Positions 36,561-48,500 of a stretch of DNA of 64,000 bases are shown here, one piece after another. The stretch is from Macrostomum lignano. Its lineage: Eukaryota. The stretch spans positions 1 to 64,000 of the forward strand of contig NIVC01000032.1 of assembly GCA_002269645.1 (NCBI GenBank). The letters are read 5' to 3'. The stretch's first letter is position 1. Every line of letters begins with the position of its first letter. The notes under the pieces were generated by a model, which saw only the letters and a list, made by a program, of their open reading frames with translations, did no database searches and was not told the origin of the DNA. The position numbers and the translations under genes are program-made.

Positions 36561-39500
36561 GATGCTTGCTGTCTTGGGAATATTTTCTATTTAGAGGAAG
36601 TGATATATTTTGTTGTCTATTTGTTAATTTTAGAGAAAAAGTGACTTATAACTTACATCTTTGTCCGTGACAATTTTATATGAATAAGGTGATTTTTAAA
36701 AGTGAAGAAGGAATTAGTTCTTAAGAAAAGGTGCTTTTTTAATTGTTTTCCATGAACTATTTTTGCTCCTTGCTTATTGGGTACCCCAAAGGGGGGCTGC
36801 ACTAGATTGCTAGTATAGGCCTACTTTAGGGTTAGAGTGATTAGGCTTGACTGGGGTTCCCAAAAAGTTTTTGTTTTATTCTACATTAATTAAAACATAC
36901 AATAGTCCCTATACAAGGGGTGTCCTAGAAGTAGGCTAGCGTCACTTTTGCTTGCTTCCACAAGTATCAATGTGTGTTAAAAAATTATATGCCTTACAAG
37001 TTAGCAGCTTAGGCTATTTTAGCTTTCATGCCATAAAAGCAAGGGTATAAGTATAAGGAGGGAGATAGGGGGGATATATCCTGAGCCTGACCAAAACTTT
37101 TTTGTTGCCCTTTGTTGCTATACATGCTACCATGTGACTTTGACATAGCACTTTTACCTTGGTATATCCCCTATAGAAAATTCACCTTGGTGTTTCCCCC
37201 CTGCCCCCCCCCCCCTAGGAAATTCCTGGCTATGCCCCTGCACAAAAGTCCAATTTTTATAAGTGCTTCCTAGGCCTACTGTAAGCAGCATGAATTTGGT
37301 TGCATACCCTTAGCCATAGAAATATACACTGCATAGTGCTTCTATGCTCACTCAGAAAGAAAGTCACAAGTAGAGCTGATCAAGCAGAGTTGCAAGACAG
37401 CAGCTGCAAGATTTGTTTTAGTCATGGAGCATGGACCCTAATTTTCACTCTACAGACTACAGAAGGGTGGAGACACGCAATTTTTACACTTTGGAGTCTT
37501 GGTCAGAAATGCCTGATATTCACAAAAAACCTGACCTTTAGTCTTTTGAGTTTCATGAATAATAATACGTCTATAGACATAGCCATAGGCCTATTGCCTA
37601 TATAGCAGAGCAACGCGCACATTACATTAGAGCCTATTATTAATGTACATGCTAGTAAACAAAGCAAAGAGAACTTGCGTAACCAATACAGGTTGGCAGA
37701 TATGGCATTGTAGTATTTTCAATAGTAGTGCTTATGTGTACATTGATTTTCAAGGCGAAGGGAAAATTTTGTAGTTTGAAACTGGGCGGTAAAATTACAA
37801 AAATCAAACTCGCGCTGAAACCTAGAAATAATATATGTAGTTTAAGTTAGATGTAAGACTAAAATTAGCCTAATAAAAAGAGTTTTTTTAATCGCTAGGT
37901 TGATTCACAGCGTATGCATGTTGTAAATAAGTGTAGCAAGTCTTTTAATAGAACATAACAAACACCAAAAATTCAAACTACACATTCAGAGCCGACCCTG
38001 ACCCTGTGAAGTTTGGTATTATACCGGCATAGAAAATGGAAGCCATATTCCTAGTTTAAAATCACTCTATTCTTCCATGTTACGACGGACGGACGGCATG
38101 AGCGGAGCCCTTGAGAGATCTCTCTCTCTGTCTCAACGACTCAACGTATCATCACGGGTAACGGAGTTTGAAGACGGTTTTTTCTTATCATATTTTGTCT
38201 GCTACCTTTTTAACTGCAGACAGCAGCCAGGGTACCCTAGGCCTACCATTATCCATAGACGTGTTATATTATGTCTGGCCCGCGTGGCGTCGGCGTCGCC
38301 CATCTGGACCCCTGGCCGTGGGTACAATGTCAATAATCATTTTTACTCAAAACTTAGGTTTTAGTAATAAACATTTCCAAAATATTGTTTCTATTTTTAT
38401 AGGCCTAGTGGTGTGGTGTAGACCTATATCTGATTATTATTGGCATGCATTTAATTTGTTAGGCTAAATTTGGTTCATGGAATTTTAGGTGTGTAGTGTA
38501 CTCCCATTGTTTGGAAAGTAACATAGTACTTGCCATTTTAGGATACTTTAAAGTATACTTTTGGTATAACCTATCATATATGACAATAGATAGTAATACA
38601 CAATATGAAGTATGATTGATATATTCTACATTATCTAGACTATAGTTGTTGATGAATGATAACTTGTGTGACAGGGGTTTTACTTCCCTCTTTAGCTATC
38701 CCACTAATTGCCACCAAGTTGTAACAGTGGTTATTGTTCTCTCTATTTAAATCTCTACTGCTGACACCAAAGTTGTTACAGGGCTAACTTCCTACACTAA
38801 TCTTTAATTGTTTTTGTTAGGTTGGTAGCTGCCACCAAGATTATTCTATTAATAAATTATGAGTTTATCAATATTAGAATAATCTGAGAAATGTTTCTTA
38901 GAATGGTCTGAGTATTTAGTCTGGGTATTTAGTCTGAGTATTTAGTCTGAGTATTAGTCTGAGTATTAGTCTGAGTATTATTCTTAGAAAAAAAAATTAA
39001 CCTGAAAGATTTTACTCTTCTGATTATTCTGGTAGTGTTCTATTATACTGGTAGCGTTCTACTTAATAATGGCCTGAGCGGTATTTTGGCTTACTGGTAT
39101 ATGTATTTCATGTACTTTGCAAGTCCTTGGGCGTTACGAGATTAGAAGGTCACAGCCTTCTCAATACTGTATATGTATTCCCGAGATCTACTTTGTTTCA
39201 CTTCGATCTCCTTGGTATTCTGCATATCAGTAGTATCTGTGGTATGATTTACTTCCACTTCACTCTTCGAATTGAAAAATTTACTAAGTCTTGAAAGATT
39301 TCTAAGTAACAGTTTAAAGCTCAACAAGTAGCGAGACTTGAGACTAATTTAGGAACAGGCAATCAGCCAAGTTGGTGGCTCTCTGGCCTGATCCCGTCTA
39401 TTTATACTATTTTAACACTTGATCAATATTAATTTTGATATATGCAGTATTAAAACAAATAGGGCTAAATTAGTTTTCAGTTTAAAAATACATACAAATT

Positions 39501-40873
39501 TTACATGAATATTATTATTAAATGTTGGAAGATTAAAACAAATATTATGTGAATATTATTCTTGAGTGATTAAACTCGAAATTATTATTGACAAATTTAT
39601 TTACAAAAGCTATTATTATTACTATTAGTCGTTAAGTGCTTGCACACTTGTTATAAAAAACAAATAATGATTCTAAAGGTATATTTTGACCAATAAGAAA
39701 TCTAAGGCTAATGTTTGGTTTTTGTATTTGAACAAACAATCTTATTGTTTAGTTTTTGTTCATTTTTTTCTAAATGATGCATATCGCATCAATAATACAT
39801 GTGCAACTGCTGGCTGACCTAGCTAATCTGGCCACTATAAATTGTGGTAGACCAAGGATAAGTTGCAAAATATCTGCCTAAAAGAATATATTGTATTACT
39901 CATAATTAGATTATGAGACATTGAGCCTTAATAAGACAGTCATAGGCCCCTAGTTATTCTTGCTATTTACCCAAAAATTTATGAGTTTTGCTTTAGGGTT
40001 TTTTTATAGATAAGTTGCATTTTTTGGTCAAAAGTAAGTTGCATAGGCATGGCTAGTGTAAGTCAAAGGGGTGGCACATATCTAGTATCAAAATATTTTT
40101 GTTTTTAACTATTGATCATGTACTTAGAGTAGAATGAATAAATAAATACTAAAGGCCTAGCCTAGTGTGATGCAATCTATTTCATAATCAAAATTCAACC
40201 AATAATTTAGTGTTATAGAAAAAAAAAGTATTTTTTTCTATCTTTTAGTAGGCTTTAACTTTTTTATTTTTTATACTAAATAAAAAAGTTAAACTTTTCT
40301 AGCAAATTTAGAGCAGAGCTCTTAAGCATTGTTGCTATAAAATAGCCACTAGCCAGTTGACTTTGCAATAGTAAAGATTAAGCCTATTTATACATTGGCT
40401 TTGACTAATCTAGAAAGGATTAAAATTGGTAATGGTTGAGCATACATGCCCAACACCTGTCCAACCCATCAAAACTGGACGGGTGAAATGGCTGCCAGCC
40501 AAGGTAAGTTGCAAAATTGGAAACACAAAATAATGAAAAATTAAAGGAAAAAGGGAGAGGAAAAGGAAAGGAAAAGAAAGAAGTAAAAAGAGAGAGAGGG
40601 GAAAGAGGAGGAAAAAGAGAAAAAGAGAAAAAGGCAAGAAAAACATATATAAAGTGAAAATTAAGTCACGATTGGGGATCTAAGTTGCAACTGCAATTGG
40701 GAGGAACGAAGTTACAAATCTGGACAAAACTAAGTCACAGCAGATGGTGAAATTTTTAGGTTGGGCATGTATGTGGTTGTGGCTATAGGATATAGTAGGC
40801 CTAATAGTGATAGGTTTTACTATAATAGATTTTACATTAGTCAAAGATGCTATCTTTATATATAGCAAGCTTT

Positions 40874-41588
40874 NNNNNNNNNNNNNNNNNNNNNNNNNNN
40901 NNNNNNNNNNNNNNNNNNNNNNNNNNNNNNNNNNNNNNNNNNNNNNNNNNNNNNNNNNNNNNNNNNNNNNNNNNNNNNNNNNNNNNNNNNNNNNNNNNNN
41001 NNNNNNNNNNNNNNNNNNNNNNNNNNNNNNNNNNNNNNNNNNNNNNNNNNNNNNNNNNNNNNNNNNNNNNNNNNNNNNNNNNNNNNNNNNNNNNNNNNNN
41101 NNNNNNNNNNNNNNNNNNNNNNNNNNNNNNNNNNNNNNNNNNNNNNNNNNNNNNNNNNNNNNNNNNNNNNNNNNNNNNNNNNNNNNNNNNNNNNNNNNNN
41201 NNNNNNNNNNNNNNNNNNNNNNNNNNNNNNNNNNNNNNNNNNNNNNNNNNNNNNNNNNNNNNNNNNNNNNNNNNNNNNNNNNNNNNNNNNNNNNNNNNNN
41301 NNNNNNNNNNNNNNNNNNNNNNNNNNNNNNNNNNNNNNNNNNNNNNNNNNNNNNNNNNNNNNNNNNNNNNNNNNNNNNNNNNNNNNNNNNNNNNNNNNNN
41401 NNNNNNNNNNNNNNNNNNNNNNNNNNNNNNNNNNNNNNNNNNNNNNNNNNNNNNNNNNNNNNNNNNNNNNNNNNNNNNNNNNNNNNNNNNNNNNNNNNNN
41501 NNNNNNNNNNNNNNNNNNNNNNNNNNNNNNNNNNNNNNNNNNNNNNNNNNNNNNNNNNNNNNNNNNNNNNNNNNNNNNNNNNNNNNNN
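40874..41588. other. Assembly gap (715 N)
   Basis: Run of N. Confidence 1.
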
Positions 41589-42204
41589 GATTGGATCTTG
41601 TAAAAATCGTTTTTATAGGTCACTTTTCTTGTTAACTTCTTTTGTGTTATTATAATGTGATATACTCGAATTTGAGAAAAGACACCATTCTATCGCACAA
41701 TCGGAAATTATAGGGGAATGTTTTTGTAAGGTCGCAAAACTTTCTGTTTATCTACGAGCTCTGTCTACTGTTAAGACAAGTTTCTATATCTACGTGTACA
41801 GCTCAACTCTTATATAATTTATTAGTTTTTTTAATGTATAGTTATAATTTATAAAAATTCTTGCTATAGGTCACCGCGTCGGTTTAAATACACAGGCTTT
41901 TTATCATTTTTATCGAATTTTTCGTTCTTTGATTGTGTACCACGTTCATTTTGGGGACTTTTGTGCACGAGAATTGGCCCAAGAAGCGAGAGGTTTATGC
42001 GAGTTCACACCCATGAGAGCCAACTCCGAAGGCAAGTGGATGGGCAGAATTTCCTCAGGGCTGGTTTGTCGGACGATGTCGCCGAAGGCCCTCCTGCAAT
42101 TATTATTATTTATAACCTCTGCAGTAACTACGTTCGATTTCTAATGTACTTTATCTGGCTGTCTAGGCTTTTGTTTACCACCCTTAACTGTACATAAGTT
42201 TGAA

Positions 42205-42470
42205 TTCTATCCCCCAAATGTACATAGGCTAGATTTCTACCCCCAAATGTACATAGGCTAGATTTCTACCCCCAAATGTACATAGGCTAGATTTCTACCC
42301 CCTAATGTACATATTCCCCTTCAATGTACTTAGTCTAGCTTTCTTCCCCCACCAATGTACATAGGCTAGACTTCTACCCCCCCAATGTACATAGGCTAGA
42401 ATTCTACCCCCACGAATGTACATAGGCTAGATTTCTACCCCAAATGTACACAGGCTAGAGTCTAGATTTC
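42205..42470. repeat. ~29-bp repeat (ctacccccaaatgtacataggctagattt), ~7 copies
   Basis: Direct reading. Confidence 0.9.
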
Positions 42471-42542
42471 TACACACGGAAAGCCACCTCATTTGTCCAT
42501 GTCCACAATGCATGCACACATTCCACGCATTTCAGCAGCCAA

Positions 42543-45500
42543 ATGCACGCCTGGAAGACGCTTCCAGCAATGCCTCCCGGCTGGGAGTCGCGCATCGATG
42601 CAATTAGACGCCTGTCAGTCAGCGTTCTCGTCTCCTGTCTGGCGGAGATTCTGCGAGCTAATCATTCTGTTACTGGCCGACTGGGCACCAGACGGCTATG
42701 GGATATGCATATGGCCGCTTTAGAGGAATACGTGCCCAGGCAGATGCTGGCGAGAACTGCTCTGGAGTATCTGCGATTAACTGAACCCCTGGTTTATAGA
42801 GCTGGTTAGTTAATCCACTGCTGATGATACAGGCATTTCTTGTTCATAGAAGGTTTCACTAATCGATTTGCTTGAGGTTTAATCTACGTGTGCTTCGTGG
42901 AGTCACCCGTTGATTCATAAGGTCATTAGATGCTTTGTCATTTAGGGCTTTACATGGTCATTCGGGGCTTCCTGGGGTCATTCGGTGCTTCATGGGGTCA
43001 TTCAGTGCATCATGGGGTCATTCGGTGATTCATGGGGTCATTCGTGCTTCATGGTGTCATTCAGTGCTTCATGGGGTCATTCAGTGCTCCATGGGGTCAT
43101 TCAGTGCACCATGGGTCATTAGGTGGTTCATGAGTCATTAGGTGCTTCATGGGTCATTAGGTGGTTCATGGGGTCATTCAGTGCTTCATGGGTCATTCGA
43201 TGCTTCATGGGGTCATTTGGTGCTTCATGGGGTCATTAGGTGCTTCATGGGGTCATTAGGTGCTTCATGGGGTCATTCGGTGCTTAATAGGGTCATTCGG
43301 TGCTTCATGGGGTCATTCGGTGCTTCATGGGTCATTCGGTGCTTCATAGGGTCATTCGGTGCTTCATGGGGTCATTCGGTGCTTCATGGGGTCATTCGGT
43401 GCTTCATAGGGTCATTAGGTGCTTCATGGGGTTATTCATTGCCTAACTGGGAGTCATTGGTGAACCATAATGACCCCACAATCGATTTAGCCATTCCATA
43501 TAAACTGTTTTCAGTTCTGCCAGAATTCGAGATCAACGGCAAAGTAGTAGAAGTTCTTGTGCACAAATTCCTATTTCAAATTGTCAATATTGAGACCGCA
43601 TTTCATAATGCTCTGGGCTCCGACGCAAACTGGTCTGAGGTGGTTAACAGAATTGGCTCGCTTGAGAAGACTAAACAGAAGCTGGAGGAGACTGTTCGAC
43701 ATCAGGAGAAAGTTTTGGATCGATTGGAGAAGCGCTCGCGTGATCAGCAGATAGCGTGAGTGGAATGAGTTCGATTTTATTGCTTTCGTTTATCATGTAC
43801 ATTTTCGTTTATGTACTCGTAAAGTAATATGGCAAATTTATTTACATTAATCGGACCATTTCTATACAGTAATATGACTATGTAATAATAGTATGACCCA
43901 TTTATGTACATTAGTGTGGCCCACTTATGTACATTAGTATGGTCTATATTTATGTACATTAGTAAGGTCAATTTATGTACATTAGTAAGGTCTATTTATG
44001 TACATTAGTAAGGCCTATTTATGTACATTAGTATGGCCCATTTATGTACATTAGTAAGGTCAATTTATGTACATTAGTAAGGTCTATTTATGTACATTAG
44101 TAAGGCCCATTTATGTACATTATTATGACCCATTTATGTACATTAGTGTGGCCCACTTATGTACATTAGTATGGTCTATATTTATGTACATTAGTAAGGC
44201 CCATTTATGTACATTAGTATGGCCCATTTATGTACATTAGTAAGGCCCATTTATGTACATTAGTATGACCCATTTATGTACATTAGTATGGTCTATATTT
44301 ATGTACATTAGTAAGGCCCATTTATGTACATTAGTGTGGTCCACTTATGTACATTAGTATGGTCTATATTTATGTACATTAGTATGGTCCATTTATGTAC
44401 ATTAGTGAGGTCCATTTATGTACATTAGTAAGGTCCATTTATGTACATTAATATGGTTATTAGTGTGTATGTATATGGCCGTTTATGCACATAACGAGTA
44501 CAATTTAGGTGCATTCGTATGGCCATTATGTACATTCATATGGTTAATGTGTACATTTTTCGTTCATTGAGTATGTGCATGTACTTTCCTATGTACTTTT
44601 ATATGCATATAATTATGTATCATTTTGATAATAAAATTATATAAATCATTCTCAACTCGCACTAATCCGCAGCTGGTACGGTCGAGTTGTTTATCCAGCC
44701 TCAGCTTTGGCCTGCAGCAGTCAAGACACGGATGCAGATGAGCCGAATGAGAGCGATAATCGTAACGATACTCAAACAGCCGCTGCTGCTGACGGGTCAT
44801 CGGCAATGGCTAGAAAATCTCTTATAATGGAGGCTGCAACTGCACCTCCTCAGTCTCAGCAACAACAGGCGGCATCTGTGCTAGTACTGCCATCGGCCGC
44901 TGGGCAGCCTGGTTCGCAACAGGCAGCTGCCAATGTTGGCAAATATCGATTGGTGCACCCGGAAGAGCTTGTTAGCGTGGCCGTGTGAGTATAATAATGT
45001 TTATAGTCTATCTATAAGATCTTAATTAAAGAACCGGAAGTTAGAGATTAGTCACCAGTTATTAATTAGAGAACCGGAAGTAGGATATTAGGGATCAGTT
45101 ATTAATTACAGAACCGGAAGTATGATATTAGTCACCAGTTATTAATTGGAGAACCGGAAGTTAGAGATTAGGGATCAGTTATTAATTGGAGAACCGGAAG
45201 TTAGAGATTAGGGATCAGTTATTAATTAGAGAACCGGAAGTTAGAGATTAGGGATCAGTTATTAATTAGAGAACCGGAAGTTAGAGATTAGGGATCAGTT
45301 ATTAATTAGAGAACCGGAAGTAGGATATTAGGGATCAGTTATTAATTACAGAACCGGAAGTATGATATTAGTCACCAGTTATTAATTGGAGAACCGGAAG
45401 TTAGAGATTAGGGATCAGTTATTAATTAGAGAACCGGAAGTTAGAGATTAGGCATCAGTTATTAATTAGAGAACCGGAAGTTAGAGATTAGGCATCAGTT

Positions 45501-48500
45501 ATTAATTAGAGAACCGGAAGTTAGAGATTAGGCATCAGTTATTAATTAGAGAACCGGAAGTTAGAGATTAGGCATCAGTTATTAATTAGAGAACCGGAAG
45601 TAGGATATTAGTCACCCGTGATTAATTAGAGATTCACAGCCCCCTTTAGAGAGACAGAGAATTAGAGATTTTTGATATTACTCATATTACCAAAAATAGA
45701 ATAATAAAAATATACAATAAAACTGTACTGAAGTTATAAAGCAGATACATTGTAGATAATTAAAGAGTTATATAGTGAGACTAAAGTTAGCAACAAGCAA
45801 TGGTCCTTGCTTAACTGCGCGTATGTGTGTGGTTGACTGGAAAAAATCAATTATTTTTCTGAACAGTGGGGTACAGTAGAGCGGGTGGGGACAGAAAATC
45901 GATACTGTAAATGAAGGCTCTTTTTCCTCAGAGACTCAGACAGCTGCAGTGACTCCTTGCTCCCTGCCCCCCCACCAACCCCCAAGCGTTCCTATTGTGA
46001 CTTATCCTATTCATTGCTACAGCTTTCCAAGCATACGAAGGAATTTCCGTGGGTTTTTGGAGCAGAGCAATTTGCAAGTTTGTCTTCTAGTCTGGGGTTT
46101 AGGTCTGTGTGGGAGAACTCATTTGAGCAATGCGCCTTGACATTATAAAAAATCCATTTTATCAAGCATAGGAAAACAAGAATTAAAATTTCTTCTGCTT
46201 ATTCATTTATTTATCATATCTTTATTATCTGCGTTGACACCCGGATCAGTAGCAAAAGGAGTTTTTCTATTGCAACTAAATTCTGTGGTTCAAAATGATT
46301 TCATGACAATCATTTCATGTTGATACAGCGTGTTTGTGAAGCTTCATTCATCATTGATGGAGCTCACTTATAGCTAACTAGATGTGCTTTATCTCATTTT
46401 CTTGGGGTTCTTACTTCTTGCACTGCCGCTTTGATTTGTATTTGGGTTTGTGCTGTTTATTATGGGAGCCTGATGAGACTTTTTGTAAATTGAAGAATTT
46501 TTGTAAATTTATTTTTATTGTAAATTTGTCAAGCAAGCAGCAAGTAAAAAGCATTACTGAACCGAAAGTAAAAAATGAGAACCCCCCTATTAGAGGACCG
46601 GAAGTTGGAGATTAGATTTGGAACCCCAATTATAAAGACCGAAAGTTGGGAGATTATAACCCCAATTAGAGAACCGGAAGTTGGGAGACTATAACCCAGA
46701 TTTGAGTACCGGAAGTTGGGAGATTATAACCACAATTAGAGAACCGGAAGTTGGGAGACTATAACCCAGATTTGAGTACCGGAAGTTGGGAGATTATAAC
46801 CACAATTAGAGAACCGGAAGTTGGGAGACTATAACCCAGATTTGAGTACCGGAAGTTGGGAGATTATAACCACAATTAGAGAACCGGAAGTTGGGAGACT
46901 ATAACCCAGATTTGAGTACCGGAAGTTGGGAGATTATAACCACAATTAGAGAACCGGAAGTTGGGAGACTATAACCCAGATTTGAGTACCGGAAGTTGGG
47001 AGATTATAACCACAATTAGAGAACCGGAAGTTGGGAGACTATAACCCAGATTTGAGTACCGGAAGTTGGGAGATTATAACCACAATTAGAGAACCGGAAG
47101 TTGGGGGACTATAACCCAGATTTGAGTACCAGAAGTTGGGAGATTATAACCACAATTAGAGAACCGGAAGTTGGGAGATTATAACCCCGATTAGAGGACC
47201 GGAAGTTGGAGATTATAACCACAATTAGAGAACCGGAAGTTGGGAGATTATAACCCTGATTAGAGGACCGGAAGTTGGAGATTACGCCCCCGCCAATTAG
47301 AGAACCGGAAGTACCAACGATAACAACAGGCTAGACCACTAGCTGGAAGTGATTAAGACTCATTAATAAGCAAAACCAGGCTAGAATCTATAAACATAAA
47401 TAAATAAATATGCATCACATTCCAATGCTCACTACCCTCTGTCAGAGTGGCCCAGCAGAACCAGCCAGTATTCGCACTATTCGACCGAGAGCTCTGGCGC
47501 CAAGCTGTCATAGCGGACGTACTGGAGCCGGCTGCTGGCACAGGCGGCACGGTGCTCTATCGGGTTAGCTTCGCTAAAACAACTAAACAATTGAAGCCAA
47601 GTCAAGTTGCTCTGAGCGAGACTGCCGAGACTAGGCTAGAGCAGTACCCTGTCGGGGCTCGGGTTGTGTCCTCTTACACTGACGATCGCGGCTTAGTGTT
47701 TTATTATTCGGCTATCGTAGCCGAGCCGCCGGGCGAGAGAAACTCTCGCCGTTATCTGCTGTTCTTTGACGACGGCTACGCGCAGTACGTGCCGCCTAGC
47801 GATGTCAGGCGCGTGCTGCAGCAGACTCCGCAGAATTGGCGCGAGGTGGCCGAAGATTCGCAAGATTTTGTCCGAGCTTATTTGGATCGGTTTCCTAATA
47901 GGACTATGCTGAGGCTGCGGCCTGGGCTCACTATTCGAGTTGAGCTGAGGGGTGAGTTGTTGCTATGTGAAACGCAGGTAGATAGTGTGATTGATAGGGA
48001 TATAGTGTGTTAGATAGGTATATAGTGTGTTAGATAGGTATATAGTGTGATTGATAGGTAGATAGTGTGATTAATAGGTATATAGTGTGATTGATAGGGA
48101 TATAGTGTGTTAGATAGGTATATAGTGTGTTAGATAGGTATATAGTGTGATTGATAGGTATATAGTGTGATTGATAGGTATATAGTGTGATTGATAGGTA
48201 TATAGTGTGATTGATAGGTATATAGTGTGATTGATAGGTATATAGTGTGTTAGATAGGTATATAGTGTGATAGATAGGTATATAGTGTGATAGATAGGTA
48301 TATAGTGTGATTGATAGGTATATAGTGTGATTGATAGGTATATAGTGTGATTGATAGGTATATAGTGTGTTAGATAGGTATATAGTGTGATTGATAGGTA
48401 TATAGTGTGATTGATAGGGATATAGTGTGTTAGATAGGTATATAGTGTGATTGATAGGTATATAGTGTGATTGATAGGTATATAGTGTGTTAGATAGGTA

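Larger units (their letters stand above)
33612..36813 (+). mobile_element. Non-autonomous Helitron-like element B (~3.2 kb) carrying internal minisatellites and a nested MITE
   Basis: 5' A|TCCAATATACTAAAAAT; the 5' region (to ~33852) is homologous to element A apart from an insertion; 3' cccc-aaa-gggg hairpin then gattgCTAG|T, similar to the end of element A. Confidence 0.5.

Noticed and set aside
37060-37241. Possible DNA-transposon terminus (poly-C..aaattcctggctatgcccctg)
   Set aside because: No matching opposite TIR or TSD found.
40807-41655. ORFs spanning the N run; HindIII site at the gap edge
   Set aside because: Assembly gap, not biology.
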